Source: an uncultured delta proteobacterium (GTDB lineage Bacteria; Desulfobacterota; Syntrophia; Syntrophales; UBA2185). From it: DNA of 64,000 nt. This document shows, piece after piece, positions 31,136-40,556 of the stretch (position 1 is the first letter of the stretch; the number at the start of each line of letters is the position of its first letter). The position numbers and the translations under genes are program-made. The DNA lies in NCBI GenBank assembly GCA_963729715.1, contig CAVSPA010000007.1:96001-160000 (forward strand), written 5' to 3'. The notes beneath the pieces were generated by a model. It searched no databases and was not told the DNA's origin. It saw only the letters and a program-made list of their open reading frames with translations.

Positions 31136-32698
31136 ATGCTCTTATCCGTCACCCTAACACTGCTTCCAATTCTTGTCATAGTATTCCTAATGGTAAGAAA
31201 ACATTTTGCCGCCGATTCAAGCGGCACCGTAGGCTGGCTTCTGACGGCGGCCATCGCATATTTCTTCTTTAACACCTCGCTGGAAGTGGGTCTTCGCTCA
31301 TCCGTCGCCGGCATGATCGCCTCGTTCCCAGTATCTTTGATGGTTGCAACATCGATCCTGCAGATAAGCTACATGGAAGCAACTGGCGCCCTTCAACGCG
31401 TAGCCGTCTTTGTAAAGACATTCGGGTCGGGAGACAGGGTCGTACAGATCATGCTGATCAATGTGGGGGCCGGTACACTGCTTGTGGCCGTCGGCGCTAC
31501 CCCCGTATCAATACTCCCCCCCATCCTTGTTGCCCTCGGATACTCCACCTTTGTCGCCGTAGCGCTACCTGCAATCGGTTTTGACGGCCTCTGTACGTTT
31601 GCGCTGCTTGGCGCGCCTCTTGTTGTTTATTCAGACATGACTGGGACTCCCCTCGTCCAGTCGGCGCGCGTCTTTGCCAAATTCCTTCCAGTTATTTCCA
31701 CGCTGATCGGTTTCGGGATGCTCTGGATCGTCGGGCGCTGGACACTCGTTCGGAAAGGCTTCATACCCTGTCTCATCGCAGGTCTAACAAACGGCGGTGT
31801 CGCCGTTGCAGTAAGCTACATCCCATTTCTCGAAGGTGGTGTGGTGCTTACCGGCGTCATGGCCGGTTTCTCAACGATGGTCGTCATGCTTCTTTATCTG
31901 AAGCTCTTAGGCAAACCGATAATCGACAGAACGCATCTAACCGAGGAAGATTTGAAAGTCGAAAAAGGCATGTCCCTCATAAGGGCGCTTTCACCTTGGA
32001 TAATCCTGATTGCCGCTTCGTTCGCCATCAACTTCTACACACCCTGGTTCGATCTCCTGTACAAGAAGATAGGCATGGCCGTCTCCCTTGTCCCCGGCCA
32101 ATCAATCAGGACGCGGATGCTCTGGAATGCATACACGTGGGTCCTTGTCAGCACGATCCTATCGGCCATCTTCATCAGGCCCAGCGGGAAGGCAGTAAAA
32201 GAGACTCTCTCAAAATGGGTGAAACGCGCACCGAGACCAACCTATTCGGCAGCAATCTTTTTCGCCATCGCGTTTGTGATGAATAATTCGGGCACGCAGA
32301 ATCTGGGGGCCGTCTGGAAGATTGTCGAACCTGCATCCAATATGATCTGGGTGCTGTCACAGGGTTCTGCCATGGCCTTCGGGACAATGTACCCCTTCAT
32401 CAGCGGCTATCTCGGTCTTTTCGGAGGTTTTTTGAGTGGGAGCGAGGCATCGACGATTGCCATGTTCACAAAATACCATCTCCTGACTTCGAAGCTTCTT
32501 AATGTTGACGCGCTGATCGTTACGGCAGTAACGGCCATAGGAGGGGGACTAGCCAGCGTCATTTCCCCGGCAAAACTGCAGAATGCGGCAGCGACCATAG
32601 ATGCCCTGGGAATTGAGAGCCAGATCATCAAGACGGCTTTTGTCATATCCATTGTCATCACGCTGGCAGCATCTATCATAGCAATGCTGTTCGCCTGA
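31136..32698 (+). CDS. L-lactate permease (LctP) family transporter
   Basis: Polytopic membrane protein with RALSPW, GGFLSGS and ISPAK motifs typical of LctP. Confidence 0.75.
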   Translation: MLLSVTLTLLPILVIVFLMVRKHFAADSSGTVGWLLTAAIAYFFFNTSLEVGLRSSVAGMIASFPVSLMVATSILQISYMEATGALQRVAVFVKTFGSGDRVVQIMLINVGAGTLLVAVGATPVSILPPILVALGYSTFVAVALPAIGFDGLCTFALLGAPLVVYSDMTGTPLVQSARVFAKFLPVISTLIGFGMLWIVGRWTLVRKGFIPCLIAGLTNGGVAVAVSYIPFLEGGVVLTGVMAGFSTMVVMLLYLKLLGKPIIDRTHLTEEDLKVEKGMSLIRALSPWIILIAASFAINFYTPWFDLLYKKIGMAVSLVPGQSIRTRMLWNAYTWVLVSTILSAIFIRPSGKAVKETLSKWVKRAPRPTYSAAIFFAIAFVMNNSGTQNLGAVWKIVEPASNMIWVLSQGSAMAFGTMYPFISGYLGLFGGFLSGSEASTIAMFTKYHLLTSKLLNVDALIVTAVTAIGGGLASVISPAKLQNAAATIDALGIESQIIKTAFVISIVITLAASIIAMLFA

Positions 32699-32722
32699 GA
32701 AGCTATTTTTATTATTTATGAA

Positions 32723-33739
32723 GTGGTCTGGAAAATGCGTAGCGAGAACTTGAAAAATGGAAGCCTTAAATTATCGTGGGTGATTTTGTTCATGGTGATT
32801 GTTTCTTGTGCCTCAGCAATTTCAAGTGAGGCCATCGCCCACCCCGGTGTCCCTGATGTCGGGCTAAGCACAAACCAAAGCACATGGGTATTCACTCAAC
32901 CGCTCCAGTCCACTAATGTTAAATTTTGGATGCGCGTCCAGAGACAGGGAAATTTGAGCCGGTTTGGCACCTTCGACTACTATTTCAAAGTCCAGGTACT
33001 ACGTCCGGATGGAACGGATGTGTGGAATACCAGGTACGGCTTTGATGAGTGGGGATATTCGGAGCAGGAATTCAGCCTGCCCGCCCTTTTTTACGAGCGG
33101 AGCGCGAGCATATCAAACCCTTCCTTTGGCACATGGAAGATTAGAATTGCACTTGAAGAAAAAGATTCACGCAACGAAGTGTCGGCGAAAGAATATTCCT
33201 TCAATTTCGTTGATGGCAAGAACGCCTCAAATCAGCCACCGCTTGTACAGGCAGGCAAATCAGGCGACCCCTTCCCTGTTCGCCCGTTCAAGTATCAGCA
33301 CTGGGATTTGAAGGGATGGGGCGTAGGAATATACGATGAGGTAGTGACCGGCCAAGACTCCTACGACAAGCAAATCAAGGTGCGTGAATCGAGAAGAAGC
33401 TTTTCCGTGAAAGAAGTATCGAGTGCCTGGAACCAGGGACACGTATTCGGTCCATGGCTCACAGGGCCCAGCGTCTCAACGTACCGCAATAGTAATAATA
33501 ATCCGCTTTACCTCTTCGGCTATATACTTTATCGTCCAAATGGCGATGCTGACGGGAAGAACCCTCAGGCCCGGCAGAATTCATACTGCAATAACCCGGG
33601 GACTGTTGCTTTTCCTTTCGATCTGAGGCAGCCTGGCAACTGCCGCATCGAATATTTTATCCGTGATCGTGACAAGAATTATTGGGAGGAGGCATCGTGG
33701 GTTTCCATCGGCGGTATCTCGTTTGCGCTCACAGAATAA
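32723..33739 (+). CDS. Hypothetical exported protein, probably two related beta-rich domains
   Basis: 338-aa ORF with an N-terminal hydrophobic segment and a duplicated Y.F....RP[DN]G...G.[WC][KR]I motif; start uncertain. Confidence 0.6.
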   Translation: MVWKMRSENLKNGSLKLSWVILFMVIVSCASAISSEAIAHPGVPDVGLSTNQSTWVFTQPLQSTNVKFWMRVQRQGNLSRFGTFDYYFKVQVLRPDGTDVWNTRYGFDEWGYSEQEFSLPALFYERSASISNPSFGTWKIRIALEEKDSRNEVSAKEYSFNFVDGKNASNQPPLVQAGKSGDPFPVRPFKYQHWDLKGWGVGIYDEVVTGQDSYDKQIKVRESRRSFSVKEVSSAWNQGHVFGPWLTGPSVSTYRNSNNNPLYLFGYILYRPNGDADGKNPQARQNSYCNNPGTVAFPFDLRQPGNCRIEYFIRDRDKNYWEEASWVSIGGISFALTE

Positions 33740-33829
33740 TGCAGGGCCGCCGTTCATGATAGCTATGATATTCGCCTGAGATTCTTTTTGCACAATCGTA
33801 AAATCTGACAAGAGACAGATAATTGAATC

Positions 33830-33953
33830 CGAGGAATTGCCTATAACAGCCTTGGCAACCACAATCAGGCGATAGAATATTTTAGAATAGCTTCAAGATT
33901 AGGTAGTAAAGCGTCTCAAGACTTTTTTAAGAAGGTCCGGAATTGATTGGTAG
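33830..33953 (+). pseudogene. C-terminal remnant of a TPR-repeat protein
   Basis: Translates RGIAYNSLGNHNQAIEYFRIASRLGSKASQDFFKK, then frameshifts to GIDW-stop; no start codon. Confidence 0.6.
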
Positions 33954-34111
33954 CCTTCTTCCAAATGGCATTGATACCATTGTCTGAGCTGCGGCGCCCC
34001 CCTCAAATGCTCTGCCCACCCCAAAAATGTCGGTTACAACCAGTACTGCTCACTTCAATTCAAAACTGACCGTTGAGGACTTGTGAGTGACATGGAGTTT
34101 CTATAAAGAAG

Positions 34112-34828
34112 TTATTTGAAGAGCATCAGTAAACCGAGAAGCCCCATGAGGATAATCAATATGCTTCTGTAAGTCTCTTCCCTGATTCGTCCATAGAGAA
34201 ATGATCCAACCCATGTTCCAACGAGCAGGAGGGGAAGGGCTGCAAAGAAATACCAAAGAACCATGCCCGTAACGAGCCCACTTATGGCCTGGAAGATGAC
34301 TACCACAATGCCAGATATGAGAAAGAACCCTTGCAGCGTAACCTTGATCTGATCCTTGTTCCATGGCTGTAGTGACGTGTAAATGATCACGGGTGGACCG
34401 GAGGCGCTGATGGCGCCGCCCAGGCATCCCGCCATGAAGCCGAAGAGATATGCCCATACGGGCGCCGTGAAGCGGACAGCGGGTTTCAGAAGCAGGCTAT
34501 ATAAGGAGTAGGCGATAAGGACAGCGCCGACTGTCCACTGAATCAATTGTGTCTCGGTATGATTCAGAAACCACACCCCCGCCGGAGCGCCCGGTAGAGA
34601 GCCCAGACAGAGCGGGTATATCTTTTTCCAATCCCAGTGTTCGCGCAGTTGCACCAGGAGAAATATCGTCAGGGCCACTGCAAGAAGAGCGACTACCGGG
34701 ATGGCAGTCTTAATATCAAGAAAGAGCGCGAGAAGAGGCAGGGACAATAGGACCGAACCGAACCCTGAGAGTCCCTGAACGAATCCGGCGCAGAAGGCGA
34801 CGATGCCGAGATAGAGATAAATTTCCAT
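34112..34828 (-). CDS. TauE/SafE (TSUP) family membrane transporter
   Basis: AGFVQGLSGFG and GCLGGAISASGPP motifs; about eight TM helices. Confidence 0.88.
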   Translation of the reverse strand: MEIYLYLGIVAFCAGFVQGLSGFGSVLLSLPLLALFLDIKTAIPVVALLAVALTIFLLVQLREHWDWKKIYPLCLGSLPGAPAGVWFLNHTETQLIQWTVGAVLIAYSLYSLLLKPAVRFTAPVWAYLFGFMAGCLGGAISASGPPVIIYTSLQPWNKDQIKVTLQGFFLISGIVVVIFQAISGLVTGMVLWYFFAALPLLLVGTWVGSFLYGRIREETYRSILIILMGLLGLLMLFK

Positions 34829-35097
34829 GATTGCAGATCAAAAAATATTCTTAAAACATTCTCCTAAGATGTTCCCACCGAGAAGCGCGGCAAATATATC
34901 CACTGATTCCTCTGAATGCAAGCTTTCTCCTGCCCGTCACATCTTTCATCATCAGCAATAATCAAAACCGTAGAACTCTGATTTGGAATGTGGTAAAAAC
35001 CCTGTAACAAGTGATTTTGTTCTTTAATCTCTGCAGGAGTTTTATTTCAGCGGAGAAGAACTCTTCTTCATTCAGATAGAATCATGGAGACGACGAA

Positions 35098-36399
35098 ATG
35101 CAAGTTCCCGCACATCACGGCCGGAAGGTCGTCCTTGTTGACGGATGCCGCATCCCATTCCTTCGCGCCGGGACAGGCTACAGAGACCTCATGTCCTACG
35201 ACCTGGGAAGACTCGCCATCGCGGCCCTTGTTAAACGAACTCACGTCGAACCCGAAAAAATCGATCGCGTCATCATGGGAGCGGTCATCGCCAATCTCGC
35301 AACGACCAATGTCGCACGCGAGGCGGCACTCGGCGCCGGCCTGCCTGTGAGCATTCCCGCATTTACCGTCACCATGGCTTGCATATCCGCCAATCTGGCG
35401 ATAACAACCGGTGTAGACCTGATTCAGACGGGCCAGGCAGATATAGTCATCACCGGAGGAACGGAAAGCCTGTCCGATATTCCCATCTGTTACCGGAGGC
35501 CTATGAGAAAGAAACTCCTTGAGACCCAGAAATACAAGGGTCTCAAGGATTATCTGGAATTTCCAAAAGGCATAAGTATCAAAGACCTGCTGCCGGAGAT
35601 CCCGGCCATTGCCGAATTCTCCACGGGGCGAACGATGGGAGAAGATTGTGACCGTCTGGCCGCGCGCCTCTCTGTGACGAGGGAAGAGCAGGACAGTTAC
35701 GCTGTCCGCTCCCATCTAGCTGCTGCACGCGCCACCGCGGAGGGCATCTTGGAGGGCGAAGTAGAAACCGTGCTTGTGCCCCCTGATTTTCGGCCCGTAG
35801 ATAAAGACAACGGCTTCCGGGCTGACACGTCATTAGAAAAGATGGGCAGCCTGAAGCCGGCCTTCGTAAAAAAGTACGGGACGGTGACGGCGGGAAATGC
35901 TTCTTTTCTTACCGACGGGGCTGCTGTCTGCCTACTCATGGCTGAGGAAGTCGCCGCGGCGCTCGGCTATATGCCCAAGGCGAAAGTACGCGCCTATGCC
36001 TACACGGCGCAGGATCCTTTTGAGGAACTTCTCTTGGGGCCCGCTTATGCGACGCCAAAATGCCTCGCAATGGCAGGTCTCCGGCTTCAGGACATAGACG
36101 TCTTCGAATTTCATGAGGCATTCGCGGGACAGATCCTAGCGAATTTGAAATGTCTTGTATCAGATGAATTTGCCCGAGAGAAACTCGGCCGATCCGAAAG
36201 AGTAGGAGAAGTCCCTCTCGAAAAATTCAACACGCTCGGTGGTTCACTTTCCCTGGGGCATCCCTTCGGAGCTACGGGGGCAAGGCTAATCACAACGGCG
36301 GCCAATCGCCTCATTCGAGAAGATGGTACCTTCGCACTTGTCGCCTCCTGCGCCGCAGGAGCCACGGGTAACGCAATTATCCTGGAACGAAAGAATTAA
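35098..36399 (+). CDS. fadI: 3-ketoacyl-CoA thiolase, trifunctional-enzyme beta type
   Basis: TMACIS catalytic Cys, HEAF, GHPFGATG and CAAG; directly upstream of fadJ. Confidence 0.88.
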   Translation: MQVPAHHGRKVVLVDGCRIPFLRAGTGYRDLMSYDLGRLAIAALVKRTHVEPEKIDRVIMGAVIANLATTNVAREAALGAGLPVSIPAFTVTMACISANLAITTGVDLIQTGQADIVITGGTESLSDIPICYRRPMRKKLLETQKYKGLKDYLEFPKGISIKDLLPEIPAIAEFSTGRTMGEDCDRLAARLSVTREEQDSYAVRSHLAAARATAEGILEGEVETVLVPPDFRPVDKDNGFRADTSLEKMGSLKPAFVKKYGTVTAGNASFLTDGAAVCLLMAEEVAAALGYMPKAKVRAYAYTAQDPFEELLLGPAYATPKCLAMAGLRLQDIDVFEFHEAFAGQILANLKCLVSDEFAREKLGRSERVGEVPLEKFNTLGGSLSLGHPFGATGARLITTAANRLIREDGTFALVASCAAGATGNAIILERKN

Positions 36400-36411
36400 A
36401 AATATGCGGAG

Positions 36412-38538
36412 ATGGCAATGTCCTACGCAGAGATTGAGAAAGTAAACGGCGTGGCAATCGTCTGGATGGATCAGCCGGGCGAGAAGGTCAATAAGATCTC
36501 CGTCGACCTCGTGGATGAATTCAAGACAATGCTTGACAGCCTCGAAGGCGACAAAGCTGTCAGAGCGATCGTGCTTATCAGCCGAAAACCGGATAACTTT
36601 ATCGCCGGCGCGGATATCGAGAAATTCAAGGACATGACAAGTGCGCGAGACGCGGAGATGCTCAGCCGCCAGGCACACGCGCTCCTAAACCGGCTGGCGG
36701 CTTTTCCTAAACCCATTGTGGCCGCTATCCACGGGGCGACTCTGGGGGGTGGTCTGGAGGTGGCGCTGGCCTGTCATTACCGCATCGCCGATGACGATCC
36801 CAAAACCATACTTGCCCTCCCGGAAGTCAAGTTGGGTCTCCTCCCCGGAGGCGGCGGCACACAGCGGCTTCCCCGTATCGTTGGACTGCAGGCCGCTCTC
36901 GACATGATGCTCACGGGAAAAAATATCTATCCCCGCCAGGCAAAGAACATGGGGCTCGTGGATGATCTTATCCATCCTTATGGACTTCTTGAAGCGGCGA
37001 AAAAGGCCGCCCTTAAACTGGCCGATCAACCTCTTTCGCGCAAAAAGAAGCAGCCCCTTTTCGCGGAACTGTTGGAGAGCACCTCCCTCACCCGCAACAT
37101 AGTCTACAAGAAGGCAGTGGAACTCGTGCAGAAACAGACATGGGGAAATTATCCGGCGCCCGTGAAGATCATTGAGTGTGTAAAAGCCGGAATGGAAAAA
37201 GGTCTGTCGGCAGGCATGGAGGCGGAAACAGAAAAATTCGGCGAACTCGTTGTGAGTCCGCAGTCCCGTGAACTGATACAGATATTTCTCAGCATGACGG
37301 CCATGAAAAAAAATCCTCTCAAAGAAATGGTGCGTCCTGTCAGGAAGATCGGCATTCTGGGTGCGGGACTCATGGGAGCAGGGATCGCCAATGTCAGCGC
37401 CACAAGCGGCATGGTGGTTCTTCTCAAGGACGTAAGCTTCGATGCCCTTGGGCAGGGAGAGAAAGCGATCTGGCAGGACCTCGAAGGAAAGGTGAAAAAG
37501 AAGGCCCTGTCGCCATTTCAGCGGGATGTGACATTCAGCCGGATTGCAGGGACGACTGACTACCGGGGTTTCGAGAAGGCCGACTTGATCATTGAGGCCG
37601 TATTCGAAGATATGGAACTCAAGAAAAAAATACTCGCAGAGGCCGAGGCATATTTGAAGGAAGATGCCGTCTTTGCCAGCAACACATCATCGCTTCCCAT
37701 CTCGGGCATCGCTGCGGCGGCAAGACGCCCGGAACGGGTCATCGGGATGCATTACTTCTCGCCTGTTCCGAGGATGCCGCTTCTCGAAATCATCGTGACG
37801 GGAAAAACGGCGGACTGGGTAAAGGCAACGGCGCACAATGTCGGCATCAGACAAGGCAAGACGGTCATCATGGTCAACGATGGTCCCGGCTTTTATACGA
37901 CACGTATCCTCGCGCCTTTATTGAACGAGGCATTGGAAGTTCTTAACGAAGGGGGAGACGTCAAAGAAATCGATAAGGCCATGCGCCAATTCGGCTATCC
38001 GGTGGGACCCATCGCGCTTCTCGACGAGGTCGGGATCGATGTGGGAGCCCATGTCTCAAAGGTCCTGGGCTCGCTTTTCGCTCTCCGGGGCGCTCAGCCG
38101 AATACAGTCATGGAAAGGCTATTCCAGGCCGGTTATAAGGGCCGGAAAAATAACCGCGGCTTCTATCTCTACGGCGATCGATCAGGAAAAGTGAAGAAGA
38201 GCGTTAACGAAGAGATCTATAAGTTCTTCGACGGAACCAAGCGAAAGAAGTTTGATAATCAGGAAATCCAGAACCGGCTCTCCCTTGCCATGATAAATGA
38301 AGCAGCCCTCTGCCTCCAGGAAGGCATTCTGCAATCACCGCGGGACGGCGATATCGGCGCCGTTTTCGGCCTGGGCTTTCCTCCTTTTCTCGGGGGACCT
38401 TTCCGCTACATAGACAGCCTGGGTCTCACTAAAATTCTTTCCCTTATGGAAGAACTGGAAAAGCAGCACGGGCCGCGCTTTACACCGGCCCCGATTCTCC
38501 GTGACCGCAACGCGAAGAATCAGAGGTTCTATGCATAG
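36412..38538 (+). CDS. fadJ: Fatty-acid oxidation multifunctional enzyme alpha (enoyl-CoA hydratase plus 3-hydroxyacyl-CoA dehydrogenase)
   Basis: FIAGADI, GGGLE, LPEVKLGLLPG, GAGLMG, ASNTSS, GMHYFSP and GLGFPPFLGGP. Confidence 0.92.
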   Translation: MAMSYAEIEKVNGVAIVWMDQPGEKVNKISVDLVDEFKTMLDSLEGDKAVRAIVLISRKPDNFIAGADIEKFKDMTSARDAEMLSRQAHALLNRLAAFPKPIVAAIHGATLGGGLEVALACHYRIADDDPKTILALPEVKLGLLPGGGGTQRLPRIVGLQAALDMMLTGKNIYPRQAKNMGLVDDLIHPYGLLEAAKKAALKLADQPLSRKKKQPLFAELLESTSLTRNIVYKKAVELVQKQTWGNYPAPVKIIECVKAGMEKGLSAGMEAETEKFGELVVSPQSRELIQIFLSMTAMKKNPLKEMVRPVRKIGILGAGLMGAGIANVSATSGMVVLLKDVSFDALGQGEKAIWQDLEGKVKKKALSPFQRDVTFSRIAGTTDYRGFEKADLIIEAVFEDMELKKKILAEAEAYLKEDAVFASNTSSLPISGIAAAARRPERVIGMHYFSPVPRMPLLEIIVTGKTADWVKATAHNVGIRQGKTVIMVNDGPGFYTTRILAPLLNEALEVLNEGGDVKEIDKAMRQFGYPVGPIALLDEVGIDVGAHVSKVLGSLFALRGAQPNTVMERLFQAGYKGRKNNRGFYLYGDRSGKVKKSVNEEIYKFFDGTKRKKFDNQEIQNRLSLAMINEAALCLQEGILQSPRDGDIGAVFGLGFPPFLGGPFRYIDSLGLTKILSLMEELEKQHGPRFTPAPILRDRNAKNQRFYA

Positions 38539-38584
38539 CGCCTTCAGGTGCGCTATTTAAGCAGGACTGAAGTCCTGCACTACA
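38535..38584 (-). repeat. GTAG-type REP palindrome with a degenerate partner
   Basis: The minus strand reads TGTAGT-GCAGGACT-tc-AGTCCTGC (38584-38561). The adjacent ATAGCGCCTTCAGGTGCGCTAT looks like a degenerate inverted partner. Confidence 0.6.
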
Positions 38585-38613
38585 TAAAAATATGAAAGGT
38601 CTTATGACATTGA

Positions 38614-38726
38614 AGCTTTCCGCAGTGAACTGCGGAGAATCTCCGATCCTAAAGGAATAATAATGTTTCCCATTCGCTCCCTTACCCCGCAGCAAGCTGC
38701 GGGGAATGCGCTCGCTGCCGGATTCA
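38614..38726 (+). mobile_element. Full-length (113-bp) two-hairpin miniature element inserted at the 5' end of fadD
   Basis: Preceded by TTGA. Hairpins TCCGCAGT-ga-ACTGCGGA and CCCCGCAGC-aa-GCTGCGGGG; ends TTCA. Related copies at 18868, 49779 and 54787. Confidence 0.75.
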
Positions 38727-40516
38727 AAAATTTTAATCAGGTTCTGCTCAACAGTTTTTCGCGGTATGAGAAGGACCCGGCGTCGATGTTCAAATCCGCC
38801 GGTAGCTACAAGACAATAGACTACGGTGAACTGCAGGATATCTGTTTCCGCGTCGCTTCCGCCTTGATGAAGAGAGGTCTTCGGCACGGCGACAGGATAG
38901 CCATCTTTTCACGGAACCGCATGGAATGGGCCGAGGCCGATGCGGGCGCGCTCTTGGCAGGCGCCATCAACTCTGCCATTTACTCCTCCTCCCTTCCCGA
39001 GGAGGCTGCCTTTATCATTCAAGACCTGGAGGCCTCCTTTCTTTTTGTAGAGGATGATGCGCAGCTCCAAAAAATCCTTGCCGTGAGAAAAGACATCCCG
39101 AGCGTCAAAGGCGTCTTCGTCTTCTCCGAACCGTTTGCCGCGAGCGATTCCTCGTGGGTCTTTCCCTTTTCGGTTCTCCTGCAGGAGGACGCTTCACCTA
39201 AGGCAGTTCGCAGAATTCATGAACTCACCGAAAAAATCAACGGTGAGGACGGCATGTGCATCATCTACACGAGCGGGACGACGGGCAACCCGAAAGGCGT
39301 CGTCCTCACACATAATAATTATGTCAGAACACTGGAAATGCTGATTGAACACGTAGGAGATATAAGCAAGCTTAAACGGAACATCAGTTTCCTCCCCCTG
39401 GCCCACGCGATGGAGCGTTTCGGCGGATATTACCTGATCCTCTATACGGGAGGCTGTATCTGCTACGCGGAGGGCCTCGACACCGTCGTAGAAAATTTCC
39501 GGGAGGTAAAACCAAATTACTTCATCGCTGTCCCCCGCGTCTTTGAGAAGATTCATGCCAGAATCATGCAAGGCGTGCGCTCGGCTTCTCCCATAAGAAG
39601 AGCGATCTTCTCTTGGGCTCTCAGTGTGGGAAAGAAAGCGGGGCATCTCAGGATGCTCGGAGAGCCACTTCCGTGGCACGTAAATATTATTCATCGCCTT
39701 GCCGATGCACTCCTCTTTAAAAAAGTGAAGGGCATCTTCGGAGGCGAACTGATTTTCTCCGTATCCGGCGGAGCACCGCTCAGCAAAGAGGTGGCAGAGT
39801 TCTTCGCTGCGATGGATATCCTGATCCTCGAAGGATGGGGTGCCACGGAAGCGACGACCCCTTCCACTCTTAACAGTCCCCATGACTACCGCTTCGGCAC
39901 GGTGGGAAAGCCCCTACCACGAGTCGAGGTGCGTGTTGCCGAAGACGGCGAGCTGGAAGTGAAGGGTCCCAATATCTTCAAGGAATACTGGCGGAACACG
40001 GAGGAAACAAATGCCACCTTCACACCCGATGGATTTTACCGGACAGGCGACATCGGAGAAATAAATAAAGAGGGGCGCGTAATCATTACAGATCGAAAGA
40101 AGGAACTCATCATCACGTCAGGTGGAAAGAATATCGCATCGGCTCCCATCGTGAATCTGCTCTCAAGCGGCAGGTATATCGAGATGGCCTATGTCCACGG
40201 CGACCGCCGGAATTACCTGACGGCGCTTCTTGTACTGGATCAAAATGCTGTGCAAGCGATGGCCGAATATAAAGGATTCAAAGACGACCTGGCTTGGCCG
40301 GAATTGGTTAAGCATCCCCAGGTCGTCGAAAGAATTCAAAAAGAGGTGGACGCGGCGAACGAACAGCTCCCCCGATACATGCAGATCAAGTATTACCGCA
40401 TACTCCCCGCGCCTTTCTCCATCGAAGGCAGTGAAATGACCCCAACCATGAAATTGAAAAAAAGGGTCATCGAAGAAAAATATAGAGACATTCTTGATAG
40501 CATGTATCGGGAATAA
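38663..40516 (+). CDS. fadD: Long-chain fatty acid--CoA ligase (AMP-dependent synthetase)
   Basis: YTSGTTGNPKG, GWGATE, RTGDIG, DRKKELI and TPTMKLK. The first ~21 codons derive from the inserted element. Confidence 0.9.
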   Translation: MFPIRSLTPQQAAGNALAAGFKNFNQVLLNSFSRYEKDPASMFKSAGSYKTIDYGELQDICFRVASALMKRGLRHGDRIAIFSRNRMEWAEADAGALLAGAINSAIYSSSLPEEAAFIIQDLEASFLFVEDDAQLQKILAVRKDIPSVKGVFVFSEPFAASDSSWVFPFSVLLQEDASPKAVRRIHELTEKINGEDGMCIIYTSGTTGNPKGVVLTHNNYVRTLEMLIEHVGDISKLKRNISFLPLAHAMERFGGYYLILYTGGCICYAEGLDTVVENFREVKPNYFIAVPRVFEKIHARIMQGVRSASPIRRAIFSWALSVGKKAGHLRMLGEPLPWHVNIIHRLADALLFKKVKGIFGGELIFSVSGGAPLSKEVAEFFAAMDILILEGWGATEATTPSTLNSPHDYRFGTVGKPLPRVEVRVAEDGELEVKGPNIFKEYWRNTEETNATFTPDGFYRTGDIGEINKEGRVIITDRKKELIITSGGKNIASAPIVNLLSSGRYIEMAYVHGDRRNYLTALLVLDQNAVQAMAEYKGFKDDLAWPELVKHPQVVERIQKEVDAANEQLPRYMQIKYYRILPAPFSIEGSEMTPTMKLKKRVIEEKYRDILDSMYRE

Positions 40517-40556
40517 TGAAAGTCTGAGACGGCAGGGAAATAAAAAAGGAGTGTTT

